From: Vitrella brassicaformis CCMP3155 | Lineage: Eukaryota; Protista; Chromerida | Reading direction: 5' to 3' | DNA length: 64,000 bases | Assembly: GCA_001179505.1 (NCBI GenBank) | Contig: CDMY01000366.1 | Coordinates: 62,001 to 126,000, forward strand | Shown here: piece after piece, positions 26,326 through 38,358 of the stretch | Layout of the letters: each line of letters starts with the position of its first letter | How positions within the stretch are numbered: the first letter of the stretch is position 1 | Translations under genes and position numbers: made by a program | Notes under the pieces: generated by a model | Database searches by the model: none | Seen by the model: the letters and a program-made list of their open reading frames with translations, nothing else | Told to the model about the DNA's origin: nothing

Positions 26326-27002
26326 CCGGCCACTGCAGCCTGGCCAAGGGAGGGAGGGAGGGAGGGACGAGAGTGCGTGTGGTGGAGTGTGAGAGCGAAT
26401 CTCGTTGTTAATGAAGTGACTGACTGACGCTGGTGGCGCCTCGCTGCCTCATCCATTCATCCATTCTTTCATGTGGTGACTGACGGCTCGTGACAGTGGA
26501 CATACATATATGAATGAATTGATTGAATACCATAAAGGGCGGTCCTCTGACGGCCGCCTGCACCCGCTCCACGCATCACTCCAGCAACAGCACCACCCTT
26601 CTGCCCGCCTGGCGGTCGGTGGGTGCCGTTGCTGGAGCAGTGGTTAGAGCGGCGAGCCGTGGGGAGTCTACAAATAAATGCATGCACATCTCAGTCAGCA
26701 CACATGAGGTGAGCATATCTGTGTAGACACATACACACATACATACATCTACTCTAAATAGGACAATGGTCGTCGTCGGCTTTGATATTATCGATAAAAA
26801 AGAAAAATCCGAACGCGCGCTTAGCGCGCACTTTACCGATCTTGTAAATCCGTGTCTTCCCTCCCCTTTCCCGCCCACGCACATAAAGGCTCCTCGACGA
26901 CTCTTGAGAGCGGTTGACGCCTGTTTTGAGAGCCTGAAACCCACCACAAGGAGCTCCTGTCGACGCCCCCGCACATAAGGGACTGTCTTGAGAGCGCCGG
27001 CG

Positions 27003-30000
27003 ATGAGGGGAGTGTTTGCTTTGCTGATCGGCGCAGTTCTTATCCTCTGTGTCGTCCATCAGGCTTCGGCTAGCTCAAACCTGTCCAGTGAAGCACCAAC
27101 GTCGAGCAGACCAACTGAAGTTGCCAGGAAAGAGCCACTGGAAAAGGCAATCACAAGTGCGACAATGCTGTGTTTTTGTGTGTGTGTGTGGGCGGGTGTG
27201 TGTCTGTGTCTGTGTCTGTGTGGGTGTTGCTTTACAGGTGGTCGCCTCCCAGCGCAAGACGAGCGCACCACTCGCAGAAGAGCAAGGCATCATATGGGGC
27301 CCACCGAACGAAATGCAAGACGACGGGCCCGTCACAGAGTGGCTGCTGATCAGCGCAATGCAGCACGACGAACCAGCTATGCAGCCACCGCCCCGCAGCA
27401 AGCGGCACAGAGGACAGCAACACGACGAGCCAGGAATGCGGCCCAGAGGACAGCCACTTTGCGATCGTTCCGCATCTCTATTGACAACTTCGACGAGTCC
27501 TTGATCGAGCAGCACAATGCGGGGACAATGAGCAATCAGTGTGTCTACTGTGGCGCTCAGCTGTTCGATGACGAGTGTGAGCGCAAGGACGGTCACATCA
27601 TTAGCAGCTTCTGCTGTCGCAAAGGGAAGGTACAATTGCCTCCGCTGGAAGATGAAGACCTGCCAACCCCACTGCGTGAACTGTATCTCGGACAACATCA
27701 GCAAACCAACCATTTTATAGCGTTTTTGCGGATGTACAATTCCATGTTTCAGTTTGCCTCGACAGGCGCCAAGATCTACGACCCAACCTCAGATGTGCGG
27801 CAGCGGTACGGCAACAGCATCCCTCCCGCAATGCTCACAATCCATGGAGAGGTGTACCATGGAATTGGTGGATTGATGCCGACGGACCCCAACGATCCGC
27901 GGAAATTTGCGCAGCTGTACATCATCGACAACATACAAGAGCAGGCTGCGGAGCGAATTCGCGTGTTTCAAGAACACCGTGTTATTCGCCGGTCTCTGGT
28001 GGCTGAGATTCAAGCGTGTCTCCTCGAGTGCAACCCACTGGCGCGCGAGTTCCGAAGCAAACGAGAGCAGATCGAGGCAGACAGGGGCAACGAGTCGGGT
28101 GTGCCTGCAATTGGCTTTCGTCTGGTCGACAGCTCTCATACTGGCCAAGATCGACGGTCAGAGAAGCGATTCACACATGGTTTGGCCGTGCTTAGGTTGA
28201 ACGTGTCTCTGTTCTTTGCTGTCTCTGACTATCTTAATGCAGACTGTACAACGTGCCAACATGCAATGAGATCGCCGCGTTCATTCCTGATGGCAGTCAG
28301 GGCAACAATCGCGAGGTTCTCATCTTCAGCCGACAGCAGAGGCTTCAACGCATCAACGAGCTAAGTCCCCACTATGACGCTCTACACTTCGTGCTGCTGT
28401 TTCCTCGCGGCGAGCTGGGCTGGGAGAGAGACATCCCCTATCGAACCCCACAAATGCAGCAACGCCAACGGTGGGTAGACGAAGCCGTCTCGCCACTCAC
28501 AGTCCGACATCTGATGTGTCATGTCTTGATTCTGAGGCGCAGGCGTGTCGTTTCAGGCAGCCCTGGGGGAGCTGTCATTCGTGAGGAGGACGAGGAAGAG
28601 CTCCCGGCGGCAGACACCGAGCCTACAGGCCGTCCGACGAGACGCAGGTACATTGAAATATGAAAAGCAAGCGAATACGTGTTTCAGTGTATCAACATCT
28701 GTGTGTCTCTGTGTATTCAATGCATGTAGACGTGTTGCTCCATCGACCAATGGCGGTGCTGCTGCCGTCTCGGCTTCGGCTACGGCAGCCGCCTACATCG
28801 ATGATGGAGCTGGCATGGATGTGGAGGCAGACGGTGGTGCGGACGGTGGCGAGGATGCACACGAAGCCGACGGGACGGCAGAACATACCACGTCTGGCGC
28901 TCCTCGAGCTGGCAAGCCGAGGAAGACTGTCAGTCACCTGGATTGGACCGCATTTTATATTCAAGTGCGGCACGGCCAGTCTCGGCTCAGCCGCGCCAAC
29001 CGTCTTGCACACGAGTTTATCGTGGACCAAAATGCCAAAATTGAAGGACAACGACTCACCTTCATTCGCAACAACCAGAGGCAGCTGAGGCAAGACCTGT
29101 ATGCTGGTGTGCAGGTAAACAATCACGGGCATGGACTGTTTGCGGAGGGTGTTTCTCGATGTGTCTCCATTCGTCATCTTCCCTGTGGGTGTGTTCAGGA
29201 TGCCGTTTCGCAGGCTGACGAGGCCCCGACTGACAGCCGCCACATCGGTCGCGCCATCCTACCCTCGTCCTTCATTGGCGGGCCACGCCATATCCACTCT
29301 CTCTACCAAGATGCCATGGCGATCGTGCAGCATCACGGCAAGCCCAGCCTGTTCATCACTTTCACGTGCAATCCTGAGTGGGACGAGATTCAGCAAGCTC
29401 TGCTGCCGGAACAAGGGCATTTCCGCAAGCAACGCTGGGAGGACCGCCCTGACATCGTCACGAGAGTGTTTCGCATCAAGCTCAAAGCGCTGCTCAAGGA
29501 CATCACGGAGAAGGGCGTCCTCGGACGACATGTCGCGCACAGCTATGCCGTCGAGTATCAGAAGCGCGGCCTCCCTCATGCACACATCGTGGTCATCTTC
29601 TCTAATGAGGATTCTGTTGCCACGCCAGACGTCGTCGACTCCATCGTGTGTGCGGAGCTACCTGATAAGGAGACACAGCCGGAGCTGTATGCTATCGTCA
29701 CATCCAAGATGCTGCACGGGCCGGGTGGCGCCCACAATCCACGGCTGTCATGCATGCGCAAGACCGGCCAATGCGACCGGAAGTACCCGTGGGCATTCCG
29801 AGAACACACCACAATCGAGGAAGACGGCTATCCATTCTATCGACGCCGCAATGACGGCCGCCAGCACGACGTCAAGGGTGTTCTGCTTGATAATCGCTGG
29901 GTCGTGCCGTACAACCCGGCCCTGACCCTTCGATACAGAGCACACATCAATGTCGAGCGGTGTGGAAGCGTCAAGGCTATCAAGTACCTCCACAAGTACA

Positions 30001-32468
30001 TCTACAAGGGTGCCGACCGGGCCGTTGTCGAGACATCGCGCCAAGAAGACGAGATTCGCTGTTATGTGGAGGGCAGATATGTGTCGGTCTCTGAGGCCTG
30101 CTGGCGCATCTTCGGCTTCCCCACGCACGGCCACTACCCTGCAGTCGAGCGCCTGACCGTGCACCTCGAGAATCACCAAAGCGTCGTCTTTGCAGCGAAT
30201 CAGCCCCCCCCCACCGAAGCCCCAATGACCAAGCTGACTGCATGGATGGCGCTGAATGCCACGGACGAGTTCGCGCGCACCATTTCCTTTCCCAACTTCC
30301 CGCAACACTTCGTGTGGAACCAGAAGAACAAGCGATGGACTCGTCGTCGGCACGGCAGCACCATCGGCCGCGTCTACAACGTCAGCCCTGCAGCAGGCGA
30401 ACGGTTCTTCCTGCGCATTCTGCTGCATCACATACCGGGCGCCAAATCGTTCCAAGACCTGCGAACGGTGGACGGCGTCGTACACTCGGATTTCCGCAGC
30501 GCCTGCAATGCCCTCGGCCTATTCCGTGAGAACGCTGAGTCGATCGACTGCCTGCAGCAGGCGAAGGAATGGCAGATGCCCCACCAGATGCGGCACCTGT
30601 TCGTGGAGCTCCTCGATCAGCAGCTCGTGTCAAAGCCTGAACAACTCTGGGAGCAGTTCAAGGTCGACCTCGCTGCCGATTACATTCATCGCTGGCGCGT
30701 TGTCATCGGCAACGCGGCTGCTCCACCTCGACAGGAGGACATCGACCGCGCACTGATTGACATCGACGATATCCTGATGACCTTCAACAAGTCCATCGAG
30801 AAAGACTTCAATATGCTTCCACCCCGCCCAGCCACACCGACAGAGAGGAGAGCCGACCTGGAGTATGCCCGTGTGCGGGAGCGAGAGACATACAACACGG
30901 AGCAAGCTGCTGAGTTGGCATCTGAAAATGAGGTGACACACATGAGATGAGATGAGATGAGACACCAGCTGATTTCCTGTGTCAGGCGCAATTCAACTCG
31001 AGACAGCGAGAGGCCTTCGAGGCTATCGTGCCTCTCACTCTGGCAGCTGTCTCCGACGAGCAGCCACACCCAACATGCTTCTTTATCGACAGCCCTGGTG
31101 GCGGTGGCAAGACCTTCTTGCTCGACACAATTTTGGCCAGCGTCCGCAGCACAGGGCGAATTGCCGTCGCCTGCGCGTCCACCGGTGTCGCTGCTCTTTT
31201 GCTCCAGGGCGGAACGACAGCGCACTCTCGCTTTGGCATACCAGTGCCGTGCAGCCCCGACGAGTCTTCCAACATCGCCAAGCAGACGGCTCGCGCGAGA
31301 ATCCTGAAGGAGGCGGCAATCATTGTCATTGACGAGATCACGCAGCTGCACATGGATGCCCTGGATATCATCAATCGACTCCTGCAGGACATCATGGAGA
31401 ACTCGGTACAGCAATTGCAAAACAACCTAGGCAAGCTGTATCATACAGTGTCTCTACATGTCTCCGCGGTCGATGTGGTATGCACTGTTGTTCGATGCAG
31501 CGGCCGTTCGGTGGCAAGACTGTGGTGTTCACTGGAGACTTTCGACAGTGCGTTCCTGTAGTGCCCCATGCGTCCGACGCTCAAGCCTTTGCTGCCAGCG
31601 TCAAGGCCGCGCCAGTGTGGGCATCGGTGCGCCGCCTGCAGCTCGACATCAACATGCGCATTCAACGACTCATCACAGAAGGCGAGGATCCGTCGGAGTA
31701 CGAGGCGTGGGCTGCTTTCCTGCTCGACGTCGGCAACGGCACAATCGGCGACCGTGTCTCTCTTCCACCCGCAACACGCTCGCAAGCATCTGACATATCC
31801 GGTCTCGTACGAGAGGTCTATGGGACCTTCGACCCCAACGTCAACTTCGTCACGCGCGCTATCCTCGCTCCGCGTCACACAGACGTCAATGCGATCAACG
31901 CCATCGCCACTTCTCTTTCCCTGGCACCGAGAGGGTGTTTTTGAGTGCTGACGGCTTTGACAAGGACCACGCTGGTGGGCTGTGTACAACGGAAGTGCTG
32001 AACTCTATCGAGATGCCGAACTTCCCCCCTCACCGCCTAGTCCTCTAGGTGGGAATGCCCGTTATGCTGTTGCGCAACTTGAACCTTGGAGCTGGGCTGG
32101 CCAACGGAACCCGGCTGAGGATCAAGGCCATGAAATATCGGGTCATCCAAGCCGAGATCCTCACCGGACCGAAGGAAGGGGAGGACGTATTCATCCCTCG
32201 CATTACCCTCGACGCGGCTAAGCACGCCAACGCGCCATTTCCCTTTCAGCGCAAGCAATTCCCACTGCAGCCGGCTTTTGCGATGACGATCAACAAAGGG
32301 CAGGGTCAGACGCTGGAAATGGTCGGCTTGGATCTCACGCATGAAGTCTTCGGTCACGGACAGCTGTACGTGGCATTATCTCGCGTCGGCGACGCTACCA
32401 GGCTGTTCGCTTATGGTGGCGACTTGGATAATGTCCGCAATGTCGTCTATCGGGACGCTGTCCTCTAG
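27003..32468 (+). pseudogene. Helitron RepHel (HUH Rep plus Pif1 SF1B helicase), 8 exons, ~1,640 aa if repaired
   Basis: Zn motif CVYC..CC.KGKV; Rep motifs FITFTCNPEW, EYQKRGLPHAHI, KYLHKYIYKG; helicase SPGGGGKT, IIVIDEI, GDFRQ, FAMTINKGQGQT, HGQLYVALSRV. One-base frameshift near 31915 and in-frame TAG at 32046-32048. Confidence 0.9.
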
Positions 32469-32519
32469 CCGAATTCTTCTCACACATTTGCCTGTCTCCA
32501 GCGCGTGTCTCTTCTCTCT

Positions 32520-32930
32520 TCCACATGTCATGTCTCTGATTCTTGACCCCTCTCTTCGTCTTCAGGCGGTTTTCTCGCTGTCCTCTTTCTCCTCTTTCTG
32601 AGCCTTGCACATGTGAACACCGCTCTCCTCGCCTTCTGTCGTTTTTCTCACTGTCGTCCCTTTTCCCCTCTTTCTCAGCTCTTCTGCTGTCGCCCATTAG
32701 ATTGGCCTTTTAATTTCGCTCATGACATGCTGTGTTCTCGCTTATGATGTCCTGTGTCTCCCTTCCTCCCACATGTCTCCGAGTCTTGACCGCTCTCTCC
32801 GTCTTCTGTCGTTTGTCTTACTGTCCTCTTTCTCCTCTCTTTCTGGGCTCTTGTGCTGTCGCTCACTACACTGGCCTTTCACGTGTTCGCCGCTGGTTCT
32901 CGCTTATGATGTGCTGTGTCTCCCTGTTCT
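32520..32930. repeat. degenerate direct repeats in the Helitron 3' subterminal region
   Basis: Recurring blocks such as cacatgt...ccgctctc...cttctgtcgttt...ctgtc and gttctcgcttatgatgt(c/g)ctgtgtctccc. Confidence 0.6.
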
Positions 32931-33557
32931 CGTCGTTTTCCGCACTGTCCTCTTTTCCGGCTTTCCTTTGTTGCCACGTGCTACAGTGGTGTGTGTGTGC
33001 AGTCCTTTTCAGGTAGTATCTCTCAAAGCTTTCCTGCTCATTGTACAGTGTTACCGAATAGTGCCTTCTACTTGCCTCTCCATGGTGTGCCTGCAACGAT
33101 ATGAATGGCGTTGATCTTCTTAGAAGATGCGAGACGGAAAGTGGTTACTTCGTTCAATCGTCAGACGCGACACAAACGGTCTTTGACTCTTCCGACTCAA
33201 TCAATGTGATTCTTTACGTCGCTGTCTCCTGAGACCGTTCAACATACACACCTGCATCCACACTACCCGCGCGAAGCGCGGGCTCGCGCTAGTACATACA
33301 TATACGCTGTCCGTCTGTCTGACTGCAGTGCCTGACAAATGGATAAATATAGACACATACACACACACATCTGCCTATCTATCTATGTGTATGATGTGGA
33401 GGGGGCCGAAAAAGGAGAGGCAAGGTGGACGGATCGATGCCCTAGCTAGTCACCTGCATACACACATACACACATTCTGATTCCCACTCTCGCTCACCAC
33501 ACGCAACACCCCACACACACCACCCAGTCCGCGCCTCCCTCTCTCTCTCTCTCTGAC

Positions 33558-36500
33558 TCACTTCGGTCCCTTCATGTGCATCACTTGCTGGATAAAGTCC
33601 GCCCCCATTCCCCTCGGCACGTTGACCACACGATCTCTCATCATGATGGCATCCGACGCCTCCCGCAGCCGATTGATCATGTCCACCTTGGCCGTCAGAA
33701 ACAAGGCGATCGTGGTCTGCACGTCCAAGGCCAAGTTCAGTGTGGCCATGCAGGGTGGAAAGCGGTGCACCAGCTCCCCCGCCCCGGGCGTGACACCGAA
33801 GTAGCGCTCGAGGACGGGGTGCGGGAGGGGGTATCGGATACTGATGGCCACAGGCTGCTGTGTGTCCCCATGGCGGTCCAGGGACACGTAGCGGGCCTCT
33901 CCCGTGGCCACCAGCTGGTCGAAGCGAGACACCAACGCCTCCGCGGAGCCGTCACCTGAATGCACGCACACCCACACTCATGTGAAATAAATATTCATTC
34001 GTGGGCATGCTCACTGCAGTCACCGGTGGGCACGTCCGTCGCAGCTGTCACAGACTCGGATTGGAAGTGAGGCGCATGCCCTCTACACGGCACGGCATGG
34101 CAGGCACAGAGAGAGAATCGATGCGCTGGGTAGAGCTGGCTGCCTCGTGTTTGCTTGTGCTCACATACATGGCTGTCAGCTTGTCGACCATGGCACGGAG
34201 AGGGGCCAGAAGTACAGGGGTTTCTGAGCGACGAGCCATGCGGGAGAGCCATGCAGGCAGGGAGGCAACATAACTACGGATGCGATGCGGGCCGACCCTT
34301 CCACCCACCCACCCATGCACCCATGCACACACATGTCTGTATACGCACGCGTACCTACGTACCTACCGATGTCTGGGTTTCATGTAGATAGCGGAACACG
34401 AAAGCGCTCAGATCCTTGACCTCGTCGTTGAACCGATCCATGAACTCCTTGACCTTGTGTCTCGGCAGGCCGTCCTCCCTCTCCAAACGCTCCGCACACC
34501 GCCGACTGCACACACACACACACACACACGTATGAATGTCCACACACCATAGCTACCACCTGGGCCCTCATGTCATGTGCCAGGCCCCTCCCCCAGCCCC
34601 CATACTGACATGAAGATCTGATAGTCCTTTTTCTCTCGCTTGACGCGCCTGTTAGCACTCCTCCGCCCCTCGTTGGGCTTAGCGGCCTGGAGGGCAGTCG
34701 CCAGCTCATCGCCCATCTCATCCAACAAGTCCAGCATACAGACATGAAGCCAGTCGACTGCATACACATAATGCAACCATTCACCACAGCCGTTGGATAG
34801 ACGCGCCCACTCTGTGTCCTTGTCCACGCACCTGATATGCCCTGGACCATCTTGCGGTTCTGCAGGTTCTCGACGAAGCGGACCCAGCTGATCGTCGCTG
34901 ATTTGGTGTCGGCCAGACTCTTCAGCAGCATGTCCTTGGCAGCACTTGGGATCGGACGCCCGCACTCATCCAAAGGTAAGTCATCAAAAGTCAGCTGCAC
35001 CAGGGCAGCCTGGCATAGGAACATCCAACCACCGATCCTCATGTGAACGTTGTTCTGCATGGCCGTCTTTTCGCTCACCCGAATGCCGGTGGCAGTGCGG
35101 ATGGCGTACTCGACCCCGAATGCGATGGGCTGGACATCACGAGATGCCACAGTGCCACTCGGAGGGTCAGGCATCTTCACGATGACCGCCACTTGCAGAC
35201 AGTCCACACGCGGCCCTTCCTTGGATGCACGCAAGTACCGATTGTCGCTCTCGTCGAGCGTCACCGCACAAACGCTCTCGGGAGCAATGAGCTCGTCCGA
35301 CCATGACACGGGGAGACGGACACTCTTGACGGCACTCACTATGTCGCGGTGGAAGGCCATGCGGCCGCTGCCGCAGTCGAGCAGCTGCTGCACGGACCCG
35401 AGAAGGAATAGCTGCCCGCCGTGCATGAAGCCGATGTCGGCGGTGCGCAAAAAGATCGGCGGCGACTCGTCCCCTGACCGATCGATGAATGTCTGGCGTA
35501 AGGTGGTCTCGGTGCCGTCTTGGTCACGGTAGTAGGCCATGGCCAAACTGAACGGACAAGACACCAACAAACAACACAGATCGACACACACAGTGACTGA
35601 CCATGTAGCCGCCCCCTGCTGACTGCACTGGCTGGGCTGACCTTTTGGAGGCGACGAATATGATGCCGTGCTGTCCGCCTTGCACCTCTCGGTTGGTGGC
35701 GGGGTCGACGATGCGCACCTCAGTGCCCTCCAGGGGGTGCCCACACGAAACCAGCACGTGGTGCTGGTCATTCATGTCGCCGGGCGAGGGCTCAGAGGTC
35801 GTGCTGCTGCTGCCGGCCGCCGCAGCCGATGAGTGGTCGATCTGCTCCTTGCGCACCTGATGCGGCAATGAAGGCAATGAGGGGCTCTTTCTGGCGTCTT
35901 GGCGTCTGGCCTTTCCCACGTACCAGGTGAATGCGGCCCTTTGTCGCGAGTGTCCGCTTGTCGATGGTCACCACACGGAGAGGATTGCTGGCCGCCCCGC
36001 GCCTCTTGCCGGTGACGAAGCCGAAGCACTCTGGCACACCATACGACGGCACGAAAGAGCCACCCATCACCTGCATGAACTGAGAACACACCCACACGTC
36101 ACTCACACGTCAGTCGGGCGCAGGCCAGGCTCTAACTGACCTGTGTGTGTTCCTGCGTACCTTGACGAAGTTGCGCATGTCGGTCAGCCGCCCGTGGGTG
36201 AGGATCGTGGGGGGCCGTCCCCACAGGCCGAGACGGTCCGATGCGAACCGGGCAGCGGCCGCCTGCATGTCTGCGTCTTTCTCGAGCTCCTTGCATAAGG
36301 CGGATAAGGCGCGCATGTCCCTGAAAACAGCACTGCCGCACAATCCTCCAGCCACACCCGGCAGCGTTTTGAACAGGCACTGCACGTTCAACACAGACAA
36401 ACACACAATGAGGGAGGGAGGGAGGGAGGGAGGATGCCAGCATGTCTGTATTATGTGTGCCATATATCTTTCCTACTGGTAATGGGTGAGTGTCAAACTC

Positions 36501-37779
36501 TGCAGGCGACACGACATAGACCTGTCGGTTGACACACACACACACACACACACGTCTGTCTGTCTGTCTGTCTTTCTGTCTGTCTGTCTGGCTGTGTGTC
36601 TGCCCTGCCCCACTCACTGACTGACCTTGAAGCCGAGGTAGAGACTTGAGAGGAGGAAGAAGAGGCCCTCACCGAAGGTCGGCGGCAACGGGACGGACAC
36701 CTGGAAGCACCCAAATGGCTGGAGCACATGCCGTGCGGTGAAGAAGTCCACAGCCTCTTGTAGCGTCTCGCCCTCAAAGGACACCAGCTTCCTGATCATG
36801 GCTGAGCGATAGTTGACTTGCAGCCCTCTCTGGCCGCTCTCCTCTTCCAGCATCTTGAGCGTCGCACTCACCGCCTCACTCACCGCCTCCTTCTCAGCTG
36901 CCTGCATCGACTGCCGCTCCAGCACTTGGCTGCCCCAGTCTGACATGGCCGCGAAGCCCATGACCCCCTCGAAGAGCGCCCCATGAGTGAAGGTGATGGC
37001 CCGCTTGGCCCCCGTCACCTGCACGATGGCCGGGCTGTGCACATCAACAACGTCCACACACAGGGGGGCCTCGTGGGAGATGGGGGGGTCTGGGAATTCC
37101 CCAGAGTGCGGTGCACATCCATTTGACGTGGGGCGACAGTGCCGCCACGACACAGCTCCCGGCCTTCTTGAGCAGCTCCGCGTAGAAGCAGTCAGTGATG
37201 ACCAGTGTGGCCTTGCTGAACTTGATCTTCTCGGTCAGCTGCCGCAACTCACCCGCACATCTCGTGTCAGCGGGGTCGAGGATCACTGCAACCAAACCCC
37301 TCCCCTACACCACACACGCGCACACAGACATGGATGGATGGATGGAGCCGAACACAAGTCCGTCCATATATCTATCTACTCATCCCCACCAGGCAGGCAA
37401 TGAGAGTGGCGACGAACTCCGTTTGCGGCGCACCGGGCGAAAACACGAGCCCCACCCTTGCCCCAGGCTGCAGCTCCACCATGCTGAGGACCATCGCCAC
37501 CTTCTTGATGTGATGCGCCAGGACCCGATAAGACACCTCAGCCCCCTCCACAGCCTTGTTAGCGAAACCCTTCGTGTCGGTGATCCAACCTAGTGCAATG
37601 CGGTCGGGGTGCTGCCTCGCCCAGTGCTCGACGATCATGCGGTAGAAGCTGAGAGGGCGAGAGGTTACGGTGGGCGCGGCGGCGGGTGCGTGTGAGGGGT
37701 GGGATGAGTCGGCTGGTGTCGGTGTCGGGGCGGCGGTCGATGGCTCACTCGGGGTGTCCTTCTTCTTCGACTTGGGCAT
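33558..37779 (-). CDS. fatty acyl-AMP ligase (FAAL)-like adenylation-domain protein with degenerate motifs and an uncharacterised C-terminal extension
   Basis: WARQHPDRIALGW, LQPGARVGLVF, AIVQVTGAKRAITFTHG, FVPSYGVPE, LVSCGHPLEGTEVRIVDP, LAMAYY and FLRTADIGF. Confidence 0.75.
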
Positions 37780-38358
37780 CGTGATGGAGTGACTGATCTC
37801 GTGTCGTGTAGGCTGGCAAACAAGAGCCTCGCCGTGCCGTGCCGTGACGGTGCCAACCTGCGGAAACGGAAGCAGGCGTGGATAGAATGAGAGATCATCT
37901 GACCACAATTGCATCGGCGCAGCGAACGTACGGGACCCACCTGTGTTGCAGACACCTGCTGGTCGAAAAACACACAAAACCTGAAACCACAGCCTGGAGC
38001 TAAGGAATGGCGCCCAGATGAGCATCTCTAAGCTCGCAAATGGACAGCCGCCTGTTCCCGCCTGTTTTCGGCGCACGACCCGAGTGGTGAGACGCGAGCA
38101 CATGCATTGTCACCGTGCCACCGGTTTTCATCCATTGTTCGGCTCTTAAGAACAGTCGAGCCACCGGCGGGAGCAAGTAGCAGCAGACCGCAAATCAGCC
38201 CTTCGAGGAGCCAGATCTGCCGCCTGTCGACCGATAAAGCCTCCACTGTGAAAGCGGCGCCTTGGTCATGAATCGCACTCGGCCCAGTAGATGTCCTGCT
38301 ATGCTGATGGGATGGAGCGTTGCTGAGAGCTGGTGTTGGTGTTGGTGAGTGAGTGGTG

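Larger units (their letters stand above)
26748..33292 (+). mobile_element. full-length Helitron (6545 bp), probably recently inactivated
   Basis: 5' A|TCTACTCT at 26747/26748. 3' hairpin cccgcgc-gaa-gcgcggg (33266-33282) then CTAG|T (33289-33293). No TSD; inserted at A/T within an (ACAT)n tract. Encodes RepHel. Confidence 0.93.

Noticed and set aside
31930-32048. Possible intron ending at ctctag|gtg that would remove the Helitron stop codon
   Set aside because: The available donor gives the wrong phase, and the segment encodes conserved Pif1 sequence.
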